The notes beneath the pieces were generated by a model. It searched no databases. It was not told the origin of the DNA and was given only the letters and a program-made list of their open reading frames with translations. A stretch of DNA of 64,000 nt, taken from assembly GCA_011388275.1 (NCBI GenBank), contig DSAB01000119.1:110045-174044 (forward strand). The letters are read 5' to 3'. This stretch comes from a bacterium. Lineage in GTDB: Bacteria > Zhuqueibacterota > QNDG01 > DSAB01. The stretch's first letter is position 1. Every line of letters starts with the position of its first letter. A program made the translations under genes and the position numbers. This document shows, piece by piece, positions 11,120 through 20,472 of the stretch.

Positions 11120-11128
11120 GCTTACCTC

Positions 11129-12058
11129 CTACTCATTCACGGAACTTAAAAGTTGTTTAACACGTAATTTGTCCTCATTGATCTGCTCTCTCAATCGATC
11201 GACTGATTCGAACTTCTTCTCTTCCCGTATTCGATTAAGAAACAGAACTCTGAGTCTTTGTTGATATAAATCCTCAACCGTACCCAGAACGTGAACTTCG
11301 ATTCCTTTTGAATGTCCATTCACAGTCGGTCTAAAACCGATATAGCACATGCCGCTGAACGAACGCCGCCTGTAATGAACCTGAACGGCATAAACACCAT
11401 GGCCTGGAATCAGTTTATCCCTGTCGCTGACACGAATATTGGCCGTCGGGAATCCGATTCGATGGCCCAGGCCATGGCCGCGAACCACCTTCCCCTCCAC
11501 GCAATACGGACGGCCAAGCATGAGAGCCGCTTCCTGTACGAGACCTTGATGCAATTTACGGCGTATCCGTGTGCTGCTGACGGTTTCACCGTGAACCAGC
11601 ACGGGAGGAATGACCGCCACTTTGAACCCGCATTGATCGCCGACCTGATTCAGCAGTTTCTCGTCCCCGGTTCGGTCTTTACCGAAAGCGTGATTAAACC
11701 CGATAAAGAAACAACGCACACCGACATTTCTTACAATCTCCATGATAAAATCACGAGGCGGCTGCGAAGCCAATCTTGGGTTAAATGACATGATCAAGAG
11801 CGCGTCAATACCCAGAGATTTCAGTATATGCTGCTTCTCTTCGAGAGTCGTCAACAGGCACAGTTTATCATCCCCACCGACAATCTTCTGCGGATGCGGT
11901 GAGAAAGTCAATAAAACACTTCTGCCCGTACCATTCACCGCACGGGTCAGCGATCTGATAATTTCCTGATGACCCAGATGGATGCCGTCAAAAGTCCCCA
12001 GGGTCAGGCAGGTCTCCTTTTCAAACGGAATTTCCTCAAGCGATCGATAGATTTTCAT
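11129..12058 (-). CDS. ribF: Bifunctional riboflavin kinase/FAD synthetase
   Basis: GTFDGIHLGH, VSSTRIR, GFPTANI, RIREEKKF. Confidence 0.96.
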   Translation of the reverse strand: MKIYRSLEEIPFEKETCLTLGTFDGIHLGHQEIIRSLTRAVNGTGRSVLLTFSPHPQKIVGGDDKLCLLTTLEEKQHILKSLGIDALLIMSFNPRLASQPPRDFIMEIVRNVGVRCFFIGFNHAFGKDRTGDEKLLNQVGDQCGFKVAVIPPVLVHGETVSSTRIRRKLHQGLVQEAALMLGRPYCVEGKVVRGHGLGHRIGFPTANIRVSDRDKLIPGHGVYAVQVHYRRRSFSGMCYIGFRPTVNGHSKGIEVHVLGTVEDLYQQRLRVLFLNRIREEKKFESVDRLREQINEDKLRVKQLLSSVNE

Positions 12059-12731
12059 GGCCGGTAAATCGCTCTTTCCATTCCCAGGGTGTCAGGGCCG
12101 ATTCAATATCATAGGATCCGATAGCGGTTCTGCACAGTTCCAGAATCATTCCCCCCGTGCCCAGCATTTCACCGATATCCCTCGCCAAAGCCCGAATATA
12201 CGTGCCTCCGGAGCAATGAACACAAATATCAATATCTGGCTTTTTCCAGCCGATCAATTCAATCTTCCGAATTGTCACCCGGCGGGGATCTCTTTTTACT
12301 TCGACCCCTTCCCGCGCCCATCGATAAAGGGGTTTCCCGTTTTTCTTGATAGCCGCGTATCGGGGAGGGATTTGCATAATTTCGCCTTCAAAACATTTGA
12401 GCACATTCAAAATATCTCTTTTTGTAAACGCTTTCACTGGCCTTTCTTCAATCACGGTTCCCTCTTTATCATCCGTTTCGGTTCGAATTCCTAACCGAAC
12501 AACGGCTCGATAGGTCTTTTCGAACTGCATCAATCGGGAAACCTGTTTGGTGGCTTTGCCCGTACAGACCAAAAGCACACCTGTAGCCAAGGGGTCCAGG
12601 GTACCCGCATGACCCACTTTTTTACAGTGAATCCATTCTCGAATCATTCGAACAACGTGAAAAGAGGTCATTCCAGATGGTTTGTTTACATTCAGAATGA
12701 CACCTTCTTGAAATGGATAGACTTCATTCAT
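12036..12731 (-). CDS. truB: tRNA pseudouridine(55) synthase TruB
   Basis: KPSGMTS, KVGHAGTLDPLATG, CSGGTYIRALARD. Confidence 0.96.
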   Translation of the reverse strand: MNEVYPFQEGVILNVNKPSGMTSFHVVRMIREWIHCKKVGHAGTLDPLATGVLLVCTGKATKQVSRLMQFEKTYRAVVRLGIRTETDDKEGTVIEERPVKAFTKRDILNVLKCFEGEIMQIPPRYAAIKKNGKPLYRWAREGVEVKRDPRRVTIRKIELIGWKKPDIDICVHCSGGTYIRALARDIGEMLGTGGMILELCRTAIGSYDIESALTPWEWKERFTGHENLSIA

Positions 12732-13720
12732 TTTCCATCCAGGTACACGCCCAATTCGACAAGAAGGCGAAACTTGACCTCTTCAACATTTCCGTTGATC
12801 GTGCAGCCTGCCGCCCGGACATGACCTCCTCCTCCGAATTTCCGAGCCACGCCGTTAACATCCAGCGTATTCTTCGAACGGAGGCTGACTCGAAAACACC
12901 CGGGACTCTTTTCCAGCATAAAAAACTCCACTTCTGTTTCATCCACAGCCATTAGATAATCCACAAAACCTTCTGTGTCGACGGGTTCAGCCTCTTTCAG
13001 AATTTCATAGGACAGATACATGCAGCATACACGGCCCTCATAGTGGAATTCAACGGTTGCCAGGGCCGATGCCAGTCCCTTGATTGTCTGCCTGGACATG
13101 CGATAATATATTTTTTCCGCAATATATTCTGGAACCGCTCCGGATTTGACCATTTCCGCACACACTTCCAGGGATCTTTCACTGGTGTTGGGGAAACGGA
13201 AACTGCCGGTATCACAAATAATTCCGGTGTATACCAGGGTAGCCACTTCCGGTGTAGTCGGCATTTTCATGTAACGGGTCAGCTGATAAACGATCTCGAC
13301 CGCACTGCTTTCCGAATCGTCCACCACATTGACATTTCCAAACCTCTGATTGCTTGCATGATGGTCGATATTGATCACAAGATGATTCTTTTTTATCCTG
13401 TCCTTGACACAGCCGAGCCTGTTCAAATCCGCGGAATCGAGTATGACAAGCGCTTCCGGGTTAAACAGATCATCCATTTCTTCGGCTTTTTGAATCGCTT
13501 CGACTCCGGAAAGAAAATTAAACTTTTCCGGAACCACATCCTGAATACAGATTTGAACCGTTTTCTTTTTATATTGAAGCAGCGCATAAAAAACCAATAC
13601 AGAAGAGATTGCATCTCCATCGGGATTGATATGGGTGCTTATTAAAAAGCGGTCATTATTATCAATGATGTCCTGAATCCGATGAAATTGTGAAAGAATC
13701 TTCTTATTTAAAGGCCGCAT
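12728..13720 (-). CDS. nrnA: DHH/DHHA1 phosphoesterase (NrnA-like nanoRNase)
   Basis: HINPDGD, IDHH, DTGSF, GGGGHVRAAG. Start moved to ATG 13720 to avoid overlap with rbfA. Confidence 0.9.
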   Translation of the reverse strand: MRPLNKKILSQFHRIQDIIDNNDRFLISTHINPDGDAISSVLVFYALLQYKKKTVQICIQDVVPEKFNFLSGVEAIQKAEEMDDLFNPEALVILDSADLNRLGCVKDRIKKNHLVINIDHHASNQRFGNVNVVDDSESSAVEIVYQLTRYMKMPTTPEVATLVYTGIICDTGSFRFPNTSERSLEVCAEMVKSGAVPEYIAEKIYYRMSRQTIKGLASALATVEFHYEGRVCCMYLSYEILKEAEPVDTEGFVDYLMAVDETEVEFFMLEKSPGCFRVSLRSKNTLDVNGVARKFGGGGHVRAAGCTINGNVEEVKFRLLVELGVYLDGK

Positions 13721-13730
13721 GAATCTCCAT

Positions 13731-14090
13731 TCAAGGTTTTTGCACCGGGGTTTCATCTTTCAGGCTGTCCAGCAGTAAATCGATCTTTTCTCTATATTCC
13801 CAGGATCTGTCCAGATAAAAATGCAAAACCGGAACATAACGAAGACGCAGCCTTGTTCCCAGCTCTGCCTGAATAAAGGATGAGGCACGAGTCAGGGCTT
13901 TCAGCGTTTTTTCTCCCTCCTGTCTGTCTCCAAGAACACTGAAATAGATTTTGGCGTTTCTCAAATCTTCGGAAAGTGAGACATCGACAAGTGTCGTGAA
14001 ACCAATCTCGGGATCTTTGACTTGAAACTTCAAAATCGAACTGATCTCACTCTTGAGCAATTCTGCTACCTTTTTTGAACGCTTTATCAT
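13731..14090 (-). CDS. rbfA: Ribosome-binding factor A
   Basis: KDPEIGF, SEDLRNAKIY, RLRYVPVLHF; operon context. Confidence 0.95.
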   Translation of the reverse strand: MIKRSKKVAELLKSEISSILKFQVKDPEIGFTTLVDVSLSEDLRNAKIYFSVLGDRQEGEKTLKALTRASSFIQAELGTRLRLRYVPVLHFYLDRSWEYREKIDLLLDSLKDETPVQKP

Positions 14091-14146
14091 TTCACAAACA
14101 ACCTGAATCTTTTAAAACCCGCAACAATAAGGGTCATGGTTTGAAT

Positions 14147-14428
14147 CTAAAAAATCTCTATCAACTGGTCGATCACCTCGATACGATGATCCTCAAGAAT
14201 AGTTCTGAGAACTTTCTGAATCACGGCGTCAATAAAGCGACGGTCATTGGATACCAGAGCGACTCCCAGCACGCTGTGCTGCCATTTATCCTGATAGTCA
14301 ATTTCAGCGATTGAACAATTATACCGATGCCTGAGTTTATCTTTTATGCTTTTCAGAATAAACCGTTTTTCTTTCAATGAAAAGGCATCGGTTATCAACA
14401 GTTCAACACGCAGTGTCCCCACCAGCAT
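14147..14428 (-). CDS. DUF503 (YlxP-like) protein
   Basis: SLKEKR..LKSIKDKL..YNCSIAE..QDKWQ; lies between infB and rbfA. Confidence 0.88.
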   Translation of the reverse strand: MLVGTLRVELLITDAFSLKEKRFILKSIKDKLRHRYNCSIAEIDYQDKWQHSVLGVALVSNDRRFIDAVIQKVLRTILEDHRIEVIDQLIEIF

Positions 14429-14431
14429 GTA

Positions 14432-17041
14432 TTATAAGGTCCTGGCTGTTTCGACGAACTGATAAACTTCGATCAAATCGCCGGGTTGAATATCCGAACC
14501 GGTATCCAGGGTGATTCCGCATTCGTATCCGGAAGTAACTTCTCTGGCATCTTCCTTGAATCGTTTGAGCGAAATGATTTTCCCTTCATGTATCACCTTG
14601 CCGTCACGAATCAAGCGGGCATGGGCATTGCGAACCGCCTTTCCGCTCTGAACGGAACATCCCGCTATTTGACCGATGCGCGACGCTTTGAAGACTTCCC
14701 GGATTTCCGCTACACCGATGACTTCTTCAGAAATTTCCGGTTCCAGCAAACCGGAAAGAGCCAGCTTGACATCATTGACCGCATCATAGATGACTTTGTA
14801 CAATCGAATATCAATACTCTCACGCCTGGCCAGTTCTTTGGCCTGCGGGTTGGGTGATACATGAAAACCGATGATAACGGCATTGGACGCCTCCGCGAGT
14901 AAAACATCGGTTTCTGTGATTGCGCCCACACTTTTATGAATGATGCGCACAGTGACATCTTCTGTGCTCAGGGCCATGAGAGAATCAATAAGCGCTTCCA
15001 GCGATCCATCCACATCGGCCTTGACGATCACGGACAGCTCCTTAACCTCGCCTTCGGCGATTTGTCTGGAGATCTGATCCAGAGTAATCCTTCGGAATTG
15101 CCGAAATCCCTGTTCTCTCTTCAACTGCTGGCGCTTTAAGCTGATCTCTTTGGCTTCCTGTTCGGAGTCTACGACCACAAGAACATCACCGGCCTGGGGC
15201 ATTCCTGTAAATCCCAGAACCTGGACCGGAGTGGATGGAGTCGCCTTTTTAATGCTTCTGTCTCTTTCATCAAACATCGCGCGAACCTTTCCGTGATTCT
15301 GTCCGGCCACAAATACGTCTCCGACTGTCATGATCCCCTTTTGCACCAGCAATGTTCCAACAGCACCTCTACCCTTGTCCATACGAGCTTCAATAATCAC
15401 CGCCCTGGCATGACCGTGGGGATTGGCTTTCAATTCCAGAACTTCCGCTTCAAGAAGAATCATTTCAAGCAAGCGGTCCACGCCTTCACCGGTTTTAGCG
15501 GATATCTCGGCGCATTGTACTTTCCCCCCCCATTGCTCGACCAGGACATTGTGTTCGGAAAGATTCTTTCTGATTTTTTCCGGTTCTGAACCCGGTTTAT
15601 CAATTTTATTGATGGCAACAATAATAGGAACAGCCGCCGCCCTGGCGTGATTAATCGCTTCTATGGTTTGCGGCATCACACTGTCATCCGCAGCCACAAT
15701 GAGTACGACGATATCGGTAACCTGCGCTCCACGGGCCCTCATGGCGGTAAAAGCCTGATGTCCGGGTGTATCCAGGAAAGTAATTTTCTTATCACCGAGG
15801 TCGACGACATAGGCACCGATGTGCTGAGTGATGCCACCCGATTCACCGGCTATGATATTGCTTTTACGGATATAATCAAGGAGCGATGTTTTCCCATGAT
15901 CCACATGACCCATAACCGTAACAACGGGCGAACGATATTCCATCAGCGCAGCATCGTCCTCCTCTTCTATTAATTCATCGAGTCTCTCTTCTCCATATTC
16001 GGTCAGAAATCGCACATCATATCCGAACTCATCGGCCACCATCAAAATCGTATCCTTGTCCAAACGCTGATTGATCGTAACCATCAAACCAAGAGAAATG
16101 CAGGTCTGAATCACATCGCTGGCCTCGACACCCATAATGTTTGCCAATTCGGCCACTGATGTGAATTCAGTGGCTTTTAACAAATGATGTTCTTCCTGAA
16201 CAACGTCTTCGATCTCTTTTTCCTTGCGGCGTCTTCGCTTTTTCGCGGTATCTCCGCTCATCCTGGCCAGTGTTTCCCGAATGGAAGCCTCTATCTCTTT
16301 CTCATCAATCTGAACGGCCGTTTTTTTCCTTCGGCGCCTTTTCTTCTTTTTGCCTGGAACTCCGCCTTCTTTCATAGCGTCTTCAAGCGTCTGCTCTGGC
16401 CGTGCACGGCCCTTTTTCCTCTTTTTTGATTTCTCCGCTTCAGCCTTGTCTTCTTCCAGTGCCACAACAGGTTTTATTTTCGGATGACGCTTCAGTTGAC
16501 GCCGAGGCTTCTCTTCGACTTCTTTCTCTTTGGTTTTTTCGGCTTGTTCTGGCGCTTTCTTTCCTGAAATTTCTTTTTCTCTTGTCTTCTCTGTAACAGC
16601 CCGGCGCTGTTCTTTCTTTGCGGTTTCTTTTATTTCTTCTTTGACTTTCTCTGTTTGGTCTTCACGGACTGCTTCTTCAACGGGTTTTTCTTTCTTTTCC
16701 GCCTTTTTGACTGCCACCTTCGGCTTGGTGACAATTTTTACACGTTCAAATACATCCCCCTTGGAAGCTTCCAGCACTTCATCGATTTCATGCCGTATAG
16801 CCTCACGCCTGGCTTCCTCTTCCTGTTTTTTCTCCTGAATCTTTTTCCTGAAATCAGGCGTCCTGTCGGTCTCCTCTTCCTTTTTAATAAAATGCTCTGA
16901 AATCAGTGAATACATATCCTCCGTTACGGGAACCATATGATTTCGCACGGATATTTTATGATTGTGCAAAAAATCAATAAGCGCTTCCGTGGAGATATTA
17001 AATTCCTTTGCTGCCTGATAAATTCGTTTTTTCTTGGACAT
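14432..17041 (-). CDS. infB: Translation initiation factor IF-2
   Basis: MGHVDHGKT, GGITQHIG, DTPGH, NKID; Lys/Glu-rich N-domain; likely start MSKKKRIY at 17041. Confidence 0.98.
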   Translation of the reverse strand: MSKKKRIYQAAKEFNISTEALIDFLHNHKISVRNHMVPVTEDMYSLISEHFIKKEEETDRTPDFRKKIQEKKQEEEARREAIRHEIDEVLEASKGDVFERVKIVTKPKVAVKKAEKKEKPVEEAVREDQTEKVKEEIKETAKKEQRRAVTEKTREKEISGKKAPEQAEKTKEKEVEEKPRRQLKRHPKIKPVVALEEDKAEAEKSKKRKKGRARPEQTLEDAMKEGGVPGKKKKRRRRKKTAVQIDEKEIEASIRETLARMSGDTAKKRRRRKEKEIEDVVQEEHHLLKATEFTSVAELANIMGVEASDVIQTCISLGLMVTINQRLDKDTILMVADEFGYDVRFLTEYGEERLDELIEEEDDAALMEYRSPVVTVMGHVDHGKTSLLDYIRKSNIIAGESGGITQHIGAYVVDLGDKKITFLDTPGHQAFTAMRARGAQVTDIVVLIVAADDSVMPQTIEAINHARAAAVPIIVAINKIDKPGSEPEKIRKNLSEHNVLVEQWGGKVQCAEISAKTGEGVDRLLEMILLEAEVLELKANPHGHARAVIIEARMDKGRGAVGTLLVQKGIMTVGDVFVAGQNHGKVRAMFDERDRSIKKATPSTPVQVLGFTGMPQAGDVLVVVDSEQEAKEISLKRQQLKREQGFRQFRRITLDQISRQIAEGEVKELSVIVKADVDGSLEALIDSLMALSTEDVTVRIIHKSVGAITETDVLLAEASNAVIIGFHVSPNPQAKELARRESIDIRLYKVIYDAVNDVKLALSGLLEPEISEEVIGVAEIREVFKASRIGQIAGCSVQSGKAVRNAHARLIRDGKVIHEGKIISLKRFKEDAREVTSGYECGITLDTGSDIQPGDLIEVYQFVETARTL

Positions 17042-17141
17042 TTCGATTCCGTTGATTTTCCTGACACAAACAGATTGCAGGTCCATTCGACCGAAACGGC
17101 AGAAGCCGGATGTTTAGGGGAATCCACCGCTCTTTATTTAA

Positions 17142-18500
17142 TTATTCTTCAAGCACTCTTTCTGCAGATTCAGTGTCATTCTCTTCACTGGTTTCCAGAC
17201 CGGTTTCGTTCTTCTCAATATCCGGTTCGAGCGTATCCATAGGTCCGGTTTCTGCTTCTTCGACCTCCTCATAGTAAGAACCGAGAATTTCCCAGATCTT
17301 TTCAACTGTTTTATCTCCAAAACCCTTCAGTTCCATGATGGTTTTCCGGCCTGCATCAAGAACCTCTTCAGCAGACTCGAAACCCGCGCTGACCAGTTTG
17401 TCCAGCACATTTTTTGACAGCTCCGGAATATCAGTCAGCATCAGCGATTCCTCTTTCTGCTGTTCCAAAAGCCATTCCGATTCCTTGACCGTTGTAATTT
17501 CATAGCCGGTCAGTATGGAGGCCAGCTGTCTGTTTTGTCCTCCTTTACCGATAGCCAAAGAGATTTGATCATCGGAAATAACCGCCGTGGCTGATTTATT
17601 TTCTTCATCGATCAGAACCTTTAAAGGTTTGGCGGGACTCAGCGCACGTTGAATAAAAATCTGCGGCTCACTGCTCCAATTGATCACATCGATCTTTTCG
17701 TTGTTCAGTTCTTTGACAATGGCCTGAATCCGGACTCCTTTTAAACCTACACAAGCACCCACAGCGTCGATCCGCTTGTCGTTGGAATACACACCTACTT
17801 TGGCACGATCTCCGGGAAATCGGGCCACTCGCTTCAGCTCGATGATTCCGTCATAGATTTCCGGAACCTCTATCTCGAAAAGACGAACCAAAAACTGGGG
17901 ATCGGCTCTTGATACGATGACTTCCGGTCCGCGACTGGACTGAGTGACGGCTTTAATGATCGCGCGTATGGAATCTCCCCGATGAAAACGTTCATTATAG
18001 ATCTGCTCCGATTTGGGGAGCGATACTTCCATTCGATCCACGGAAACCAGAATCTCTTCCCGATTGATCTGACGGACATCTCCGACAATGATTTCTCCGA
18101 CTCGGTCACTGAATTCGGCAAAAATGACCTCTTTTTCCGCTTCCCGTATTTTCTGATTCAACCCCTGCTTGGCTGATGTAATGAGGCGCCTTCCAAAACT
18201 TGAGGGATCGATAATTTCAACAAATTCATCACCCAGCTCCAGATCGGGTTCAACCCGCTGTGCGTTTTCCAGTGAAATCTCTGTGACGGGATCGGTAACC
18301 TCTTTGACAATGCTCTTAACCTGATAGATTTCGACCTCTCCTTTATCCATGTTCACAAAAATATCGAAATTATCCGAAGTTCCATATTTTCGTTTAATCA
18401 TGGAGAGAAAGAGATTTTCCAGTATTTCTCCCAGAACTTCCCGCTGGATGTTTCGCTCTTTGGCGATCTGTGTAACGGCTTCAACGATATTGATATTCAT
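17142..18500 (-). CDS. nusA: Transcription termination/antitermination factor NusA
   Basis: FEIEVPEI, DAVGACVG.KG.RI, LAIGKGGQN; ATG 18500 preceded by AAGGAG. Confidence 0.97.
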   Translation of the reverse strand: MNINIVEAVTQIAKERNIQREVLGEILENLFLSMIKRKYGTSDNFDIFVNMDKGEVEIYQVKSIVKEVTDPVTEISLENAQRVEPDLELGDEFVEIIDPSSFGRRLITSAKQGLNQKIREAEKEVIFAEFSDRVGEIIVGDVRQINREEILVSVDRMEVSLPKSEQIYNERFHRGDSIRAIIKAVTQSSRGPEVIVSRADPQFLVRLFEIEVPEIYDGIIELKRVARFPGDRAKVGVYSNDKRIDAVGACVGLKGVRIQAIVKELNNEKIDVINWSSEPQIFIQRALSPAKPLKVLIDEENKSATAVISDDQISLAIGKGGQNRQLASILTGYEITTVKESEWLLEQQKEESLMLTDIPELSKNVLDKLVSAGFESAEEVLDAGRKTIMELKGFGDKTVEKIWEILGSYYEEVEEAETGPMDTLEPDIEKNETGLETSEENDTESAERVLEE

Positions 18501-18516
18501 GGAAGCCTTCTCCTCC

Positions 18517-18978
18517 TTACTTCCATTTAAGTTGAATGGATGCGGATTGAATCTCCGTATATTGATATTCTTCTTCACCCTGCCTGGTTCGGACTCGAAA
18601 GATCGAATCATCGGCTGCGATCAACGTACCCTGAACCAGTACGCAATCACGGGTTCTCAGACATTGAAGGACTATATCCCTTCCAATATTTCTCATAAAA
18701 TCACCCGGTGTTGTCAATTTGCGGTCAACACCCGGTGAAGAAACTTCAAGTCGATAATCCTGAGTTAAAATGGAATCACCGACCAGGTCCAATTCGAATC
18801 GTATTCTCCGGGTCAGAGCCACACAGTCTTTTATGGTGACTCCTCCTTCCTGATCAATAAATACCTGAATAACTGCCTTTTGCGCGCTGCCTCCGATTTT
18901 CAACTCGACCATCTCATACTGCTGCCCTTCCACCAATTTGGCAATCATCCGCCGCAATTCTGACCGGTCCGAAGTCAT
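18517..18978 (-). CDS. rimP: Ribosome maturation factor RimP
   Basis: VFIDQEGGVTIKDC, YRLEVSSPGVDR. Confidence 0.94.
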   Translation of the reverse strand: MTSDRSELRRMIAKLVEGQQYEMVELKIGGSAQKAVIQVFIDQEGGVTIKDCVALTRRIRFELDLVGDSILTQDYRLEVSSPGVDRKLTTPGDFMRNIGRDIVLQCLRTRDCVLVQGTLIAADDSIFRVRTRQGEEEYQYTEIQSASIQLKWK

Positions 18979-18990
18979 TCGTCTCCCATA

Positions 18991-19018
18991 AATAAAAAAG
19001 TGGGTAAATTACCCACTT
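18991..19018 (-). promoter_or_regulatory. rimP leader terminator-like hairpin
   Basis: Minus strand AAGTGGGTAATTTACCCACTT followed by a T-tract, immediately 5' of the rimP RBS; resembles the conserved rimP-leader. Confidence 0.75.
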
Positions 19019-19028
19019 CGCGAACTCT

Positions 19029-19057
19029 AATATACAAAATAATTTGTTATTTTGCAA
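19029..19057 (-). promoter_or_regulatory. sigma70-type promoter of the rimP-nusA-infB operon
   Basis: TTGCAA-17-TATATT with an extended TG. Confidence 0.6.
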
Positions 19058-19098
19058 CAAAAAACACGTTCCAGGAGCGTCCTTGGAATAAGACTCTT

Positions 19099-19767
19099 CT
19101 ATAATGATTTCAACAGGTATTCCGCCTCCTGGGCAACCTGCGATTCAGGGTAATTCTCAATAATGTTTTGATAGGCCATTCTGCTTTTTTCCTTCATTTC
19201 AGCTTTCCGATAACAGCGTCCGGCGTCTTTCCAGTAAAAAGGGCTGTAAAAACCTTTTCGGCTGAGATCAGCGGCTTTTTGAAACCATTCAGCGGCTTCA
19301 GCAAAATGACCTTGATTTTCCAGGGAAGCTCCGATTCCCGCCATACTGGAAGCCTTGTAAAGCTTAATATCTCCATAGTCGTTTATATACATTCGAAAAT
19401 GCTTCTCGGCATTTTCATAGTCCTGCCGCTGAAAATAAATATCCCCCAAATAATAAGCGGCTTTCCCCGATGAAGAAGTGCCTTCATAGACAGTCATGAT
19501 CTCCGTCATTGAAGAGATCGCCCTGTCATAATCACCGGCTAAAAAAACCTGTTCCGCAATAGCCAATTCCGCCGCGGCGGCCTGTTCGGCTTTTGCCTTG
19601 CTTCTTACCATCATAATGGAAATGAAGGCGACTGCCAGAAGACCGATTACTATGTAATGTGTCTGTTTGGCATACCGCCGATACCATTTCTGAACCTTTA
19701 CGTAAAACGTAACCAAACCGTCTTCCCGTATTTCCATTTTGCGGATTTTTTTCCGAGGTCTTAACAT
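19099..19767 (-). CDS. Membrane-anchored tetratricopeptide repeat protein (YfgM-like)
   Basis: One N-terminal TM helix followed by TPR-pattern helices (AAYYLGDIYF, AYQNIIENYPES). Confidence 0.8.
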   Translation of the reverse strand: MLRPRKKIRKMEIREDGLVTFYVKVQKWYRRYAKQTHYIVIGLLAVAFISIMMVRSKAKAEQAAAAELAIAEQVFLAGDYDRAISSMTEIMTVYEGTSSSGKAAYYLGDIYFQRQDYENAEKHFRMYINDYGDIKLYKASSMAGIGASLENQGHFAEAAEWFQKAADLSRKGFYSPFYWKDAGRCYRKAEMKEKSRMAYQNIIENYPESQVAQEAEYLLKSL

Positions 19768-19788
19768 GTTATCTCCACATCGAATCCA

Positions 19789-20172
19789 CTATACATTTTC
19801 CGCTTTGTTCTCGCTTAGCACTTTCTGTACAATCTCCAGTACGGTGGTCTGAAGATCGGCCGGTTTCGTAAAAAACGGGAAACCCCGATTTTTCTGCTGT
19901 TCGAGAACTTCGGCTTCATCCGCATAACCGGTCATTAGAATGATCTTTTGATCCGGTTTCTTCTTTCTTATTTCACTGGCCAGCTCAAATCCGCTCATAC
20001 GGGGCATGCGAATGTCACTGACAACAAGGTCCGGCTTGAATCGATCGAATTCAATGAGGGCTTCTTCCCCATTGAAAGCGATTCGCACCTCGTATCCCTG
20101 ACGCTCGAGGAACCGGGCGTATACTCTGGCTATTGTATCAACATCATCGACAACAAGAATTCTTTCTTTCAT
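19789..20172 (-). CDS. Single-domain response regulator (receiver)
   Basis: ILVVDD, phosphoacceptor SDIRMP, MTGY, KP. Confidence 0.93.
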   Translation of the reverse strand: MKERILVVDDVDTIARVYARFLERQGYEVRIAFNGEEALIEFDRFKPDLVVSDIRMPRMSGFELASEIRKKKPDQKIILMTGYADEAEVLEQQKNRGFPFFTKPADLQTTVLEIVQKVLSENKAENV

Positions 20173-20225
20173 TCTGCCCCCCGATTTTCATCGTCTCACT
20201 TTTTTCGCACCGATCAGTCAAACAG

Positions 20226-20298
20226 TACCCCAGGCAGGAGTTGAACCTGCGGCCAACGGTTTAGGAAACCGCTGCTCTATCCTCTGAGCTACTGGGGC
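20226..20298 (-). tRNA. tRNA-Arg (anticodon CCT)
   Basis: GCCCCAG acceptor pairing CTGGGGT, D arm AGCTCAGAGGATAGAGC, anticodon arm GCGGT-TTCCTAA-ACCGT, T loop GGTTCAACTCC; CCA not encoded. Confidence 0.96.
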
Positions 20299-20319
20299 GT
20301 TCTATTTGTAAATCATGTT

Positions 20320-20348
20320 AATTTATTAAAGTCGTTTTAAAAAGGCAA
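20320..20348 (-). promoter_or_regulatory. sigma70-type promoter of tRNA-Arg
   Basis: TTGCCT-17-TAAATT. Confidence 0.5.
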
Positions 20349-20387
20349 GAATTATTTCGATCATTTTCATCCTTATTCGAATTAATC

Positions 20388-20416
20388 TTGATTATTTCAG
20401 CCAGGTTTTGTATACT
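20388..20416 (+). promoter_or_regulatory. sigma70-type promoter of the M20 gene
   Basis: TTGATT-17-TATACT with an extended TG. Confidence 0.6.
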
Positions 20417-20472
20417 GATCTTCACAGGTACAGCCGGTTTATTTCATCGCCTATTCATGGAGGTTAGACAAT

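Noticed and set aside
16200-16900. Purine-skewed low-complexity region
   Set aside because: It encodes the Lys/Glu-rich IF-2 N-terminal domain.
20173-20298. tRNA-Arg (and rlmH at 4402-4875) as possible island integration sites
   Set aside because: No integrase, no duplicated 3' end and no foreign gene block seen nearby.
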